From IMG/VR virus record IMGVR_UViG_3300020424_000003, positions 16,676 through 80,675 of that record: a DNA stretch of 64,000 bases; one strand, 5' to 3'. The DNA comes from a virus. The notes under the pieces were generated by a model, which saw only the letters and a list, made by a program, of their open reading frames with translations, ran no database searches and was not told the DNA's origin. The translations under genes were made by a program, and so were the position numbers. Below, one piece after another: positions 10,451 to 20,331 of this stretch; the first letter of the stretch is position 1; each line of letters starts with the position of its first letter.

Positions 10451-10900
10451 TTAATTCCTACGCATTGTTGCAATTTCGGTTGCCGCCTTACGTCCTGACT
10501 TGTCTTCTTCGTCATCTGCAAAAATTGGAACCATGTTTGATTTGTGCATGGTTGCAATACCAATTAACCTACGTTTTCCTGTGTATTGCATAGGCTCTTT
10601 TCGTGTCGCAGTACCAAAACTTCTGTGCGAACTAGCACTTGGAATATTTGGAGTCTCTCTGCGAAAAGTTGATTCTGTGTGATGCCATGGTGTGCTTACC
10701 ACAGACCTTGTTTTTACTTTGACTTTGCCGTGAACGTAATCGATGTATTCGGACAATGTCATTGTGTCCAATTTAGCACTTTTCAAAAATTTGTTGTGCT
10801 TTCGCCAAGCATCTTCATAGAATGAAGGATCCTTACGTTTTTTGGGTTTACGTTTCTTTGTGTTTAGTGTGGTAAGACCACGAGCTAGATGCATTGTCAT
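10451..10900 (-). CDS. Conserved phage hypothetical protein
   Basis: Basic protein with GIATMHKSNMVP motif, recalled from T4-like phages. Confidence 0.7.
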   Translation of the reverse strand: MTMHLARGLTTLNTKKRKPKKRKDPSFYEDAWRKHNKFLKSAKLDTMTLSEYIDYVHGKVKVKTRSVVSTPWHHTESTFRRETPNIPSASSHRSFGTATRKEPMQYTGKRRLIGIATMHKSNMVPIFADDEEDKSGRKAATEIATMRRN

Positions 10901-10958
10901 ATTGAGCCTCTTTCGTTATTATGTATATTTTACTATACAATGCTCTATATGTCAAGTC

Positions 10959-11219
10959 TTATATTGATTTTCTTTCTGGTCCATCTGATAATGGAATAAG
11001 GTCTGATGGGATTTTGGTACTGTCTACACAAAGAATTGATTCGACAGGTCTGAACCCATATGATTGGGCTACTCTTAGCATTACTTCATTTGTGTTTTGT
11101 TGAACATATGAAATACACTCTTCTGTTGTTTTAAAAGTAGGTTCTGTAAAAACAAACAGGTTTCGTTCACCGCCTTGACCGATACCGACCATGACAGCAA
11201 CAATTAAAATTTTAAGCAT
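10959..11219 (-). CDS. Hypothetical secreted protein
   Basis: Signal-like N-terminus, two Cys. Confidence 0.6.
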   Translation of the reverse strand: MLKILIVAVMVGIGQGGERNLFVFTEPTFKTTEECISYVQQNTNEVMLRVAQSYGFRPVESILCVDSTKIPSDLIPLSDGPERKSI

Positions 11220-11651
11220 TTATAGGGTTACCTTTCCTTCTTTGATGAGCTTCTTTCTGTTATTTAGATGTGCTTTCTCAACTTGGTCTTTGTTCTGGCC
11301 AGTGTACACAACTCCGTAACCCTCTTTGATCATTGTCTCAGTTAACTTCTTGCCATCAATTAAAAAGTCTCCAAGTATTCTGCCAAACTTTCCTTTTTTG
11401 TCTTCACCACTTCTATCAATTTGTGTTTTCAAAACTTGTTTGGAACCAACTGGCATCATGTCTTTAACAAACTGTTTAGATGCTAAACCAAATTTCTTTT
11501 CTACTTTGTCTCTTGTTCTTGATTCAGGAGTGTCTATGCCCATCATTCGGACACGTTCTTTGTGCATCCACATACCAAAGCCTAAGTCAATATCAACATC
11601 AACTGTGTCACCATCGACTACTCTTAGGATTTTACAGCGGTACTCGTACAT
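11220..11651 (-). CDS. Thermonuclease (SNase)-family nuclease
   Basis: RVVDGDTVD, VRMMGIDTPES, GKFGRILG. Confidence 0.9.
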   Translation of the reverse strand: MYEYRCKILRVVDGDTVDVDIDLGFGMWMHKERVRMMGIDTPESRTRDKVEKKFGLASKQFVKDMMPVGSKQVLKTQIDRSGEDKKGKFGRILGDFLIDGKKLTETMIKEGYGVVYTGQNKDQVEKAHLNNRKKLIKEGKVTL

Positions 11652-11797
11652 TATCTACCTTGACCTCTGTAAAACTTATGGCTTCTTTTTTTGTGTTTGT
11701 TCATGGAACTCATCTTGCAAGATCTTTTACGTCCAGCTTGAGAAGTTGTCTTTGGTTGACTTACATGAACTGATTGTGTTTTGCCCCATGCGGCCAT
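11651..11797 (-). CDS. Small basic protein (48 aa; not in ORF track)
   Basis: MAAWGKTQ...SSMNKHKKRSHKFYRGQGR with AAGGAG SD and upstream TAAATA. Confidence 0.75.
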   Translation of the reverse strand: MAAWGKTQSVHVSQPKTTSQAGRKRSCKMSSMNKHKKRSHKFYRGQGR

Positions 11798-11835
11798 AAC
11801 TGCTCCTTGTTAACTATGCAGTTATTTATCTTATG

Positions 11836-11912
11836 TGGCGGGAGTGAAGGGACTCGAACCCTCGGCCTTCCGCGTGACAGGCGGACGCTCTAACCAACTG
11901 AGCTACACCCCC
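11836..11912 (-). tRNA. tRNA-Asp(GTC)
   Basis: Cloverleaf; anticodon loop CTGTCAC; encoded CCA. Confidence 0.95.
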
Positions 11913-11918
11913 ATATGG

Positions 11919-11994
11919 TGGTGGAGGATACAGGAGTCGAACCTGCGACCTCCTGAATGCAAATCAGGCGCTCTCCCAACTGAGCTAATCCCCC
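11919..11994 (-). tRNA. tRNA-Ala(TGC)
   Basis: Cloverleaf; loop TTTGCAT; G3-U70; encoded CCA. Confidence 0.95.
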
Positions 11995-12169
11995 AAAGTC
12001 TTAACCGCAACCGGATATACAAATCATCCAAGGTTGTCCAAATGCTATCTGATGTGCTACGTCTAAAACAATAGCTACACCCATTATCGTTACAAAAGTC
12101 ATCATGTCACTGTTCCTTGTGTTGTGATAAAAACTAGCTTTATTATATAGTCATTTAATGAAGATGTCA

Positions 12170-12470
12170 AGTGCAACTTTTCTGTTGCTAGGTAAGTTGC
12201 CAACCCCGAGCGATTATGCCGCTAGGGCAAAATCCTCATTTACAACGGATTTCTGTTTACCGAAGTTAACAAAAGTCACGTTGTTTAGTGCATTATCGTT
12301 TGCATCTATACGTTTGTTCGCGTTAACCGAGCTTACATCCGGACAGTCTCCTTCAACCTTAACAAGCCAATCGATCCTAATTCCACCCCGTCGGGGGTAT
12401 ATTGAATTGGTGGAGTGGCCGGGAATTGCACCCGGGTCTTGCTCTTGTGACATACGTTGCTATCATCAAT
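12170..12470 (-). ncRNA. ssrA: Circularly permuted two-piece tmRNA; tag (A)ANDNALNNVTFVNFGKQKSVVNEDFALAA
   Basis: T-arm and CCACTCC-A-CCA (12408-12418) precede an 18-nt spacer and GGGGTGG (12383-12389), giving G3-U70; tag frame 12214-12303 ends LAA-stop; outer ends approximate. Confidence 0.9.
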
Positions 12471-12540
12471 TGCTATGTATTTATAGCCTTATTTGTATAG
12501 TATGCACTTAATTGTGATAACTAATGTCAAAGGATTAACA

Positions 12541-12744
12541 ATGCCAAAAATGAGAACATTTACATTCTTCGACGGAGATAAGACAGAAACCAAAGAATCA
12601 ACTAGCTATAAAAAAGCGGTGAAGTCATATCAAGGTAGTACCAAAAGCAAAATTGTTAGAGTAGAGTGGGAAGCCAAAAAAGGTGGAGTGTATGAAAAAG
12701 AACAACTTCTGCCAATGGGAAGAAGTAAAAAGATAGGAAGATAG
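12541..12744 (+). CDS. Hypothetical basic protein
   Basis: ATG at 12541 after AAGGA. Confidence 0.65.
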   Translation: MPKMRTFTFFDGDKTETKESTSYKKAVKSYQGSTKSKIVRVEWEAKKGGVYEKEQLLPMGRSKKIGR

Positions 12745-12745
12745 A

Positions 12746-12946
12746 ATGGCTGGAATAAAGCAAAGAGGACCAAGATCTGAAAACTACAAAAGAACTGTGA
12801 TCAGAGATGGTGTTGAAGTAGAAGTAAAACCTGTAAGATATTATGGTCCAGGAGCCAATGGTCGTATGTGTGGAGCCTATGCTGACACTGGTGATTTGAT
12901 CATGGGCTCAGACGGAACGCCTAAACCTTTTAAAAGCATTAATTAA
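12746..12946 (+). CDS. Hypothetical protein
   Basis: 66-aa ORF abutting the previous gene. Confidence 0.65.
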   Translation: MAGIKQRGPRSENYKRTVIRDGVEVEVKPVRYYGPGANGRMCGAYADTGDLIMGSDGTPKPFKSIN

Positions 12947-13170
12947 CGATTAAAATTTTCGGGACGAGTCAGGTTACCTGCTATCATTCTTCCCCTGTTG
13001 TCAACAAGTTCGAATTCAAGTAACATTTTATTAGATATGTTTTTGATCTGAGCCGCTTCAAAGGCACTGATGTGGACAAACACGTCTTGTGAATTGTCGT
13101 CAGGGGTGATGAAGCCGTAACCTTTTTTGGAGTCAAACCATTTTAGTTTGCCTGTGATTCTTTCACTCAT
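12943..13170 (-). CDS. cspA: Cold-shock domain protein
   Basis: GKLKWFDSKKGYGFI...DVFVHISA (RNP1/RNP2). Confidence 0.92.
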   Translation of the reverse strand: MSERITGKLKWFDSKKGYGFITPDDNSQDVFVHISAFEAAQIKNISNKMLLEFELVDNRGRMIAGNLTRPENFNR

Positions 13171-13309
13171 ATTTTTTTTATTTCTTCCTGTTTATAATGT
13201 AAAAGTAGTATTTTCCTACCTTAATATTTACCAAAATGTTACGGATAATTATCTGCATATAGATATAGCACGAACATATGGATCATGCTATACCTAATAT
13301 GAATTGTTT

Positions 13310-13489
13310 TTATAATGAGTTTTTCTTTTCTTGGATTTCTTTTCTACGTTCTTTGGCAAGTTTACCCATGTTACCTAAGGCTTTTCTTGCTCTTGCCGCC
13401 GCCGCTTTTACTGACTTGCTTTCAAAAGATTCTGATTCTTTTATGTAGCTTTCGTACTCGGCAACTATTTGTTCATGTATACTGGACAT
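13310..13489 (-). CDS. Histone H1-like (Hc1-type) small basic protein (59 aa; not in ORF track)
   Basis: MSSIHEQIV...VKAAAARARKALGNMGKLAKERRKEIQ; AGGAG SD. Confidence 0.75.
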   Translation of the reverse strand: MSSIHEQIVAEYESYIKESESFESKSVKAAAARARKALGNMGKLAKERRKEIQEKKNSL

Positions 13490-13576
13490 AATTATTCTCC
13501 TATATTCGTATGTAATTATTGTTTTAGGTGTTTGTAATGTGTATAATCTGGCTTATAGGCACCGTATTTGGCGAAA

Positions 13577-13867
13577 TTACCCTCCAGCAAATACGTTTGG
13601 TGAGCCTGCCGCAACCGAAGTACACCCAGATATTGCGTCTCCAACCCTGCCCGTTCCTACATTATTGGTTTTGACTGTGGTTGATCCTGTGGCAATTGGT
13701 GCCGCGTGTGGTGGACATGGAACACCTGGCAATAGGTGTGTGGTGTTGTTGTCACCTTGTCTTGAAACTGGAATGTTGTTTGCAAATACATTTGGAGAGC
13801 CCACTGCTCTAGTCATGCCTGTACAATGTGTAACATCTGCATCACCTATTCTAGTTACTGCTGGCAT
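13577..13867 (-). CDS. PAAR spike-tip protein (T4 gp5.4-like)
   Basis: MPAVTRIGD...GSPNVFAN...RVGD..C....GSPNVF. Confidence 0.92.
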   Translation of the reverse strand: MPAVTRIGDADVTHCTGMTRAVGSPNVFANNIPVSRQGDNNTTHLLPGVPCPPHAAPIATGSTTVKTNNVGTGRVGDAISGCTSVAAGSPNVFAGG

Positions 13868-14060
13868 AGTATCTCTCCCTTTTCATTAGTTCTTGTAACT
13901 TTGTATTCCATTGTTCGATCTCTTCATGTTGTTCTTCTGTGTGAGGTTCTGGTGGAACCTCAGGTGCAAACTCTATCACATGATCAAATTCGTTTGGTAT
14001 TTCATCATACTGTGTGTAGGTGACGAGTTTACCTTTGTCTTTTATAACAAACTTGTGCAT
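13851..14060 (-). CDS. Hypothetical protein
   Basis: 69-aa ORF overlapping the PAAR start, downstream of TAAATA. Confidence 0.65.
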   Translation of the reverse strand: MHKFVIKDKGKLVTYTQYDEIPNEFDHVIEFAPEVPPEPHTEEQHEEIEQWNTKLQELMKRERYYASSN

Positions 14061-14078
14061 ATTAATATTTATGTAAGA

Positions 14079-14399
14079 TTATTTACGAACAACGTCAGCC
14101 ATGCCGGCTGGTGCTTGTACAATACTGCTTGTCTGATTTGTGTATGCGTCTGCAAATTGTTTTGCTGTTTTGTGTATTAAAGTGATTGCACTATGCTTAA
14201 TACTGTATGACAAAGCCATGTCGGCAGTAAATAAAAACTGTTGTAATCCTATACCTTTTTGGCCTGCGACTAATGTCAAAGGTTTGTTTACCTTGATCTT
14301 GGTGTCATCATCTGCTTCAAACTTTCCAACAAGCTCTTCGCCAGATGTAAGTTTAATAGTTATAACGTCTCCAACTTTATAAGGTGTTTCAATTAACAT
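14079..14399 (-). CDS. Hypothetical protein, Sm-like fold candidate
   Basis: ITIKLTSGEELVG motif. Confidence 0.6.
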   Translation of the reverse strand: MLIETPYKVGDVITIKLTSGEELVGKFEADDDTKIKVNKPLTLVAGQKGIGLQQFLFTADMALSYSIKHSAITLIHKTAKQFADAYTNQTSSIVQAPAGMADVVRK

Positions 14400-14407
14400 T
14401 TAATCTC

Positions 14408-14692
14408 CTAGTGTGCATGGTTCATTCCGTGTTGTTCCATGTGTTCTACTAATTGTTCATACCCTCCTACATACTTACCGTGCAGTATTATCTGTGGAGC
14501 AGTTCTTGGCATAGGTAATCCGTTCACTTCAAACTCTTTCATAAGTGTTTCTACTTGGATATCCTTTCCAATAATGCTTTCCTGATATGGAATGTTCTTG
14601 CTTTGCAATAATGCTTTTGCTTTTACACAAGAAGGACAGTTAGGTTTACTATAGACGACGGTAGTGCTAGGAGTAGCTTGTCTAGTTTCCAT
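14408..14692 (-). CDS. Glutaredoxin
   Basis: CPSC, TAPQI, YVGGY; adjacent to nrdB. Confidence 0.9.
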   Translation of the reverse strand: METRQATPSTTVVYSKPNCPSCVKAKALLQSKNIPYQESIIGKDIQVETLMKEFEVNGLPMPRTAPQIILHGKYVGGYEQLVEHMEQHGMNHAH

Positions 14693-15795
14693 TATAATTT
14701 AAATCCTTTTAATTTATCTTTGTTTACGTCTTGTTTGATTCCGCCAACGATGTAGCTTTCAACTTCAGTTTCTTGTGGTGCAACCTGAAGTCCTGCTGAA
14801 CTCAACCAATGTTGTGTCCATGGTAAAGGGTTTTGTGTGGTTGGTGTATCAAAGATTGGTTTGTAACCTAATGCTTTTAATCTTCTATTGGCAATATATT
14901 CTACATAACTGCCTAACAGTCTTTCATTCAATCCAATGATTGATCCGTCTTTCATTAAGTATTTTGCCCAAGCCTTTTCTTCTTCAACACAGGCTTTCCA
15001 CATTTCATAAACTTCATCTTCACACTCTTTGGCAATCTTTGCCATGTCTGGATCATCTTCTCCACGCATCCAGTTCTTTAATACGTGTGAACTTAATGCA
15101 AGATGTTGTGCTTCATCTCTTGCAATCAAAGAAATAATCTTAGCTGAACCTTCCATAAGTTTCAGTTCGCCAAATGCAAAGGTACAAGCAAATGAAACAT
15201 AAAATCTTAAACCTTCTAAGATGTTTACGTTCATCATTGCTAGATACATTTTCTTTTTAACATCTAACATTGTGCCTTTTTTCAAATGTGTAAACTTGTC
15301 TGCGGCTTCTGTAAACGCATCATAGTTTTTGGTTACAGAAATAGCTCTTTCAATAATTTTGTCATCATCTAAAATAGTATCTAATACTTCACTTGGATCA
15401 GCATAGACATTTTTCATGATGTGTGTGTATGAACGTGAATGGATTGTTTCAAAGAAATCCCAAGTAACAATACAACCTTCTAGTTCTGGAATACTTACGT
15501 GTGGTAGAAAAGCCAAGCATGGACCTCTACCCTGTACACTATCTAATAGTGTTTGATATTTTAAGTTTGATGTGAATATATGTTTCTGTTCAGGACGAAA
15601 GTTCGCATAGTCTGATCTGTCTTTTTGCAGACTTACTTCTTCAGGTCTCCAAAAATAACCTAACATAGTTTGATTAAGTTTGTCAAACACAGGGAACTTG
15701 AATACATCATATCTCTGTGTGTTCTGGTCTGCTCCAAAAAACATATATTGCTTTGTGAAGTCAATTTTTTCTCTATTAAAAACTGTCTTTGCCAT
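14692..15795 (-). CDS. nrdB: Ribonucleotide reductase class Ia beta subunit
   Basis: FWRPEEV, ETIHSRSY, LEGLRFY, RDEAQH, VAPQETE. Confidence 0.97.
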   Translation of the reverse strand: MAKTVFNREKIDFTKQYMFFGADQNTQRYDVFKFPVFDKLNQTMLGYFWRPEEVSLQKDRSDYANFRPEQKHIFTSNLKYQTLLDSVQGRGPCLAFLPHVSIPELEGCIVTWDFFETIHSRSYTHIMKNVYADPSEVLDTILDDDKIIERAISVTKNYDAFTEAADKFTHLKKGTMLDVKKKMYLAMMNVNILEGLRFYVSFACTFAFGELKLMEGSAKIISLIARDEAQHLALSSHVLKNWMRGEDDPDMAKIAKECEDEVYEMWKACVEEEKAWAKYLMKDGSIIGLNERLLGSYVEYIANRRLKALGYKPIFDTPTTQNPLPWTQHWLSSAGLQVAPQETEVESYIVGGIKQDVNKDKLKGFKL

Positions 15796-15857
15796 CTTTT
15801 TCTCTTTCTACTCTTCTACTCTCTTTAAATTAACATCACTTTGCAAATACGTCAACC

Positions 15858-18203
15858 TTAAATTGCACATGATTCACAAACTTCATCCTCATCTTCAGCC
15901 TTTACTTGACTGTCTGTTAAACCAACTTGTGGTTCAAATGGTTTTTCTTTATAAGCGATCTCAGTTTTGATTTCATCTTCACTAGGATCAGTCTTAAAGT
16001 CATATGTGTTTTGGTAATAAGAAGTTTTCCAACCATACTTATAAGTGGTTAGCATATCTTGTAGCATAACACTCATTGGCACTTCATTGTTTTCGAAGTG
16101 TGTAGGATTGTAACTCCAGTTACCTGAAATTGCCTGATCAAAAAACTTTTGCATCACTGCAACAATTTTTATATAACCCTCATTACTTGGCATATCCCAT
16201 AATAACGTATAGTTATTCTTTAACGTTTGATACTGTGGAACAATCTGCTTAAGAGGCCCTTTTTTTGACTTCTTAATGGACAAGAACCCTCTAGGTGGTT
16301 CGATTCCGTTTGTTGCGTTCGACACAATGGAACTGCTCTCCGAAGGCATCTGTGCGGACAATGTTGAGTGCCGTAGACCGTGAAGTCCAATGCTCTTGCG
16401 AAGATCATCCCAGTCATATTTTAACGTGATCGAACAAACTTCGTCCAGTTCCTTTTTGTATGTATCAATTGGTAATATACCATCACTGTATTTAGTACGA
16501 TCAAAATATTCACACTTGCCTTTTTCCTGTGCTAATTTATTACTTGCTACCAATAGATAGTATTGAAATGCTTCTGTTAGCTCATGCACTTTAGTAAGTG
16601 CTTTTTTATCATTATACTTAACACCATTCTTTGCAAGGTAATGTGCAAGTCCAATATATCCAACACCAAGACTTCTTCTTGCTTTGGTTGAAACTTCTGC
16701 GGCTTTCACAGGATAACGTTGGTAGTCAATAACTTCGTCTAATGCTCTAACTGCCAAGTCACATAAATCTTCTAACTCCTCAAGATCTTTTAATACACCA
16801 ACATTGATTGCAGATAAAATACAAAGTGCTATCTCACCGTCAGGATCATCAATGTGTTGCAATGGTTTAGTTGGCAAAGTAATCTCTTGGCAAAGGTTGC
16901 TCATGTAAACAGGATCTTTGAAAGAGCTGTGTGTGTTTGCATGATCAACATTCATGATATATATTCTTCCTGTTTCTGCACGTTCTTTTATTAATGCAGA
17001 AAACAATTCCATTGCTTTGATCTTCTTTTTCTTAATTGAAGTTTTGCGTTCATATTTTTCATACAGTTCTTGGAACTTTTCTTGATCTGCATAAAATGAA
17101 TCATATAACTCTGGAACATCATGTGGAGAAAATAAAGTTATCTCTTCGTCATTTAAAAGTCTTTCATACATGACTTTGTTTAATTGAATTGAATAATCTA
17201 ATCTTCTTACTCTGTTATCTTCTGTTCCTTTGTTATTCTTTAGCACTAGGATATCTTCTATCTCATAATGCCAAAAAGGAAAGTGTGTTGTTGCATTACC
17301 ACCACGTACTCCATTCTGTGTGCAACATCTTACAGTTGATTCGAATTTTTTAAGAAAAGGAATTACTCCTGTGTGTGCAACCTCACCACCTCTAATTTTA
17401 GAATTGATGGCTCTGATTCTTCCTGCATTGATTCCAATACCTGCTCTCTGTGCCGTGTATCTTCCTATGGCCATATCGCTAGAAAAAATGCTGTCAAGTG
17501 TATCATCTATGTCCACTAATACGCAAGAAGCAAATTGTCTCAACGGTGTTCTCACACCTGCCATAATGGGAGTAGGAATATTAATTTTAAATAATGATGT
17601 TGCGTCATAGTATCTTTTTACTATAGACATTCTTTTATCTTTAGGATAATCTGCAAATAGTGTTGCCGCAATCATCATGTACATCACTTGTGGTGATTCA
17701 TGTATGTCACCTGTGCTTCTATCTTGCACAAGATATTTGTCAACAATTTGTCTCAGTCCTGCATAGGTAAAATTTTCATCTCTACTATGTTTGATCCAAC
17801 TATTCAACTTCTTTAATTCTGTTTGTGTATATTTTTCTTTGATAGCAGGGTCGTATACGCCTCTATCAATATTTCTATCTATTATTTTTGTAAGCGGAAT
17901 AGGAGTGTATTGTCCAAACGTTTCTTTGTAAATCGGATATAACAACAATCGTGCCGCAACATATTGATAATTGGGGTTATCCAATGTGATCAAATCGTTA
18001 GATGATTTAATTAATATTTCTTGTATTTCTTCTGTTGACATTCCATCATAAAATTGTATGTTCGCAGTCATCTCAACTTGCGAAGCACTAACATTTGATA
18101 GTCCTTCACAGGCTTCTTCTACTACAAAATGAATTTTATTGATGTCTAATGGTACACTTGTTCCGTCACGTTTAATGATATGAATTCCGACGCCGTTTGA
18201 CAT
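15858..18203 (-). CDS. nrdA: Ribonucleotide reductase class Ia alpha subunit
   Basis: ATP cone, QFASCVL, SNLCQEI, TSYY, C-terminal CESC. Confidence 0.98.
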   Translation of the reverse strand: MSNGVGIHIIKRDGTSVPLDINKIHFVVEEACEGLSNVSASQVEMTANIQFYDGMSTEEIQEILIKSSNDLITLDNPNYQYVAARLLLYPIYKETFGQYTPIPLTKIIDRNIDRGVYDPAIKEKYTQTELKKLNSWIKHSRDENFTYAGLRQIVDKYLVQDRSTGDIHESPQVMYMMIAATLFADYPKDKRMSIVKRYYDATSLFKINIPTPIMAGVRTPLRQFASCVLVDIDDTLDSIFSSDMAIGRYTAQRAGIGINAGRIRAINSKIRGGEVAHTGVIPFLKKFESTVRCCTQNGVRGGNATTHFPFWHYEIEDILVLKNNKGTEDNRVRRLDYSIQLNKVMYERLLNDEEITLFSPHDVPELYDSFYADQEKFQELYEKYERKTSIKKKKIKAMELFSALIKERAETGRIYIMNVDHANTHSSFKDPVYMSNLCQEITLPTKPLQHIDDPDGEIALCILSAINVGVLKDLEELEDLCDLAVRALDEVIDYQRYPVKAAEVSTKARRSLGVGYIGLAHYLAKNGVKYNDKKALTKVHELTEAFQYYLLVASNKLAQEKGKCEYFDRTKYSDGILPIDTYKKELDEVCSITLKYDWDDLRKSIGLHGLRHSTLSAQMPSESSSIVSNATNGIEPPRGFLSIKKSKKGPLKQIVPQYQTLKNNYTLLWDMPSNEGYIKIVAVMQKFFDQAISGNWSYNPTHFENNEVPMSVMLQDMLTTYKYGWKTSYYQNTYDFKTDPSEDEIKTEIAYKEKPFEPQVGLTDSQVKAEDEDEVCESCAI

Positions 18204-18252
18204 TCTCAATAACTCCTGTTAATTTTTAATCTACTACGTGATGATATTGTAT

Positions 18253-18678
18253 TTATTGTAATGCTGGCATCGTGTAAATGCGTTGTGAAACAAAATTTGT
18301 GGGTAAGTCACTCTTTTGAACAACTTCATTGTACTTGTAACACAAAACGTAATTTCCAATACAAACAGGATAACATAATTCATCTTCTTCGTAGTCCTTA
18401 ACTATATGTATCTCGAATTTGTCTCGAGAAAACCTATTAGTTAATTGTAAAGTGTAACATACTCCAAGGCTGTTTGTCAAGTCGCAAATGCTGTTTTGAG
18501 CGAGAAGTTCCCATGGAGTGGGCCAAGTGTCCATATTCCACGGATCTACACTCAGTTTACTCCTTGCCAACTTGTTGTAATAGTTTATTACGTCCTGAAA
18601 AGGATTGAGACTTACCTCTAGTTGTTTTCTAAATTGTGTCCAGTTAACGAGTTTAAGCTCGTAATTGTTGTGGGGCAT
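18253..18678 (-). CDS. Hypothetical protein
   Basis: 141-aa ORF with a WPTPWELL motif. Confidence 0.7.
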   Translation of the reverse strand: MPHNNYELKLVNWTQFRKQLEVSLNPFQDVINYYNKLARSKLSVDPWNMDTWPTPWELLAQNSICDLTNSLGVCYTLQLTNRFSRDKFEIHIVKDYEEDELCYPVCIGNYVLCYKYNEVVQKSDLPTNFVSQRIYTMPALQ

Positions 18679-18679
18679 A

Positions 18680-20308
18680 TTAAGTTTTGTATCTTAATTT
18701 AAATAATATGTCACCTGTGTCAGACGTTGTCGTGTTCTTCATTGAAATTACAACTGTGTCGTTAGTTGCATCACTGTTTTCATCTGCAAGTGCAACGGAA
18801 AATTCTATATTGGTAGCATAACTGCTACTTCCAAGATATGTGTAGTCATCTGTAACAGATGCAGTACCATCAGCTAGGTTAACCAATATGTCTAGTTTAC
18901 CTTCTCTGACTGCATTTACTTGACTTGATTTGTAAATGTATTCTACTTCTACATTTCTTGTAGCATAACCTGGACATCTTAAAACTCTTACTGCTGAGTT
19001 TTGTTGTGTCACCGGAAATCTATAACTGTATGAATTATCAAACACTCCAGGGCCTTCTACTTCCGGAATGTATCTGTATCCTGAAATAAAGTTTTGATTA
19101 AAACTAAGGTCGCTTGTTCTTGTAAAAAAGTCATCAGTTGAATAATTGCTAAGAGCAGTACCATCTGTAAATTTTATAATGCTGTGTGATGCGTTTCCTT
19201 CATTACCACCATTGTTTCCTACACTTGTAAACCTGTTGTTGTTTGAACTGTTGAAGTTTCCTTTGTGTATGAAAATTCCTTGTTGGTCAATGTCATGAAA
19301 CTCACAGTTTGTAAATGCGTTTCTTTGTGGACCTGTTGCCATACCTTGTTGTCCAATGGTTGTGTTGGCTCCAAAGTATACTCCGTAACTTAACGTGTCA
19401 AACTCACACTTGTCAAATGTATTTTCTACCACATCAAAATCTGAAACAACACCTGTACCAAATCCTTTTATCTTAACATTCTTAAATTTGTTTCTATTAC
19501 AACTTACCGCAGTTGATAAACTGTTCATTCTAATTGCATTCTGATTGGCACCTGCGGCTGTACCACTTGTCCAACCACCTTGAATAATAAGATCTTCAAA
19601 GGTACTTTCTTTACATGAAACCAAACTAATTCCTAAGTTTGTTGTATTCTGTATGATAGTAAATCCTTTTAATAAAATTTTCTGTGCTTGATTAAGTGTT
19701 GTGCTTGAACTGTCTTGTGCATAACTTCCTGGTGTTGAACCTGAATTTACAGTTTCAAACACAGGTGCATTTCCACCTTGTGTAATTTTTACTTTGTCTT
19801 GTCCTGCACCAACGATAGTTGTATAAGGTGGCAGTTTTAAACTTGCAGACAATAAGTATTCACCTGCTGGTATTTCTAATGTAACTCTACTTGCAGTTGA
19901 TCCTTTGGTTGCACTATTTAAATAAAGCTGGTCAATGGCTCTTTGCATAACCACTGTTTGATCTGAACCATCACCTGATGCTCCAAATGATTTAACACTT
20001 ACTTTTTCATCTAATCTTTCTTGTAGTGTTCTTGCCACAGGTAACATTGAAGTTGTGCCTGTTTGCATTGTAGCAACGTTCTTTTGAAATGTGTATTGAT
20101 CTGCGAAACTGAACAAGTTATCATGTTCTGTTAGTATCTTGCTATTACCTACTGCTGGAGATCCTTCTGAAACTGAACCATTACCTATGTACAGTTCACG
20201 TGTGTCTACTGCCCAACCAAACTCACCACCTGCTAGTTGTGGAATGCCTGAGCCAACATTTTTTTGACCTCTACGTACTTGAATTCTTGATATTTGTACT
20301 ATTGCCAC
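18680..20308 (-). CDS. Virion tail/fibre protein with a pectate-lyase-like beta-helix
   Basis: ISRIQVRRG...GEFGWAVD N-terminus; VSVKSFGASGDG; downstream of TAAATA. Confidence 0.7.
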   Translation of the reverse strand: MAIVQISRIQVRRGQKNVGSGIPQLAGGEFGWAVDTRELYIGNGSVSEGSPAVGNSKILTEHDNLFSFADQYTFQKNVATMQTGTTSMLPVARTLQERLDEKVSVKSFGASGDGSDQTVVMQRAIDQLYLNSATKGSTASRVTLEIPAGEYLLSASLKLPPYTTIVGAGQDKVKITQGGNAPVFETVNSGSTPGSYAQDSSSTTLNQAQKILLKGFTIIQNTTNLGISLVSCKESTFEDLIIQGGWTSGTAAGANQNAIRMNSLSTAVSCNRNKFKNVKIKGFGTGVVSDFDVVENTFDKCEFDTLSYGVYFGANTTIGQQGMATGPQRNAFTNCEFHDIDQQGIFIHKGNFNSSNNNRFTSVGNNGGNEGNASHSIIKFTDGTALSNYSTDDFFTRTSDLSFNQNFISGYRYIPEVEGPGVFDNSYSYRFPVTQQNSAVRVLRCPGYATRNVEVEYIYKSSQVNAVREGKLDILVNLADGTASVTDDYTYLGSSSYATNIEFSVALADENSDATNDTVVISMKNTTTSDTGDILFKLRYKT

Positions 20309-20331
20309 TGCATAACTCCTTATAGTTATAT

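Noticed and set aside
11916-11921. CCACCA after tRNA-Ala, resembling a degradation tag
   Set aside because: That tag is added post-transcriptionally; a genomic extra CCA is trimmed trailer
11835-12074. Plus-strand ORF MAGVKGLEPS, and similar ORFs at 51333 and 51610
   Set aside because: Antisense shadows of tRNA genes
12214-12453. 79-aa track ORF ending FALAA
   Set aside because: It is the tmRNA; only the tag portion is translated
13577-13867. PAAR as part of a type VI secretion system
   Set aside because: Context is a myophage tail spike; no T6SS genes
14692-18209. Introns or inteins in nrdA/nrdB
   Set aside because: Both genes are uninterrupted and of normal length
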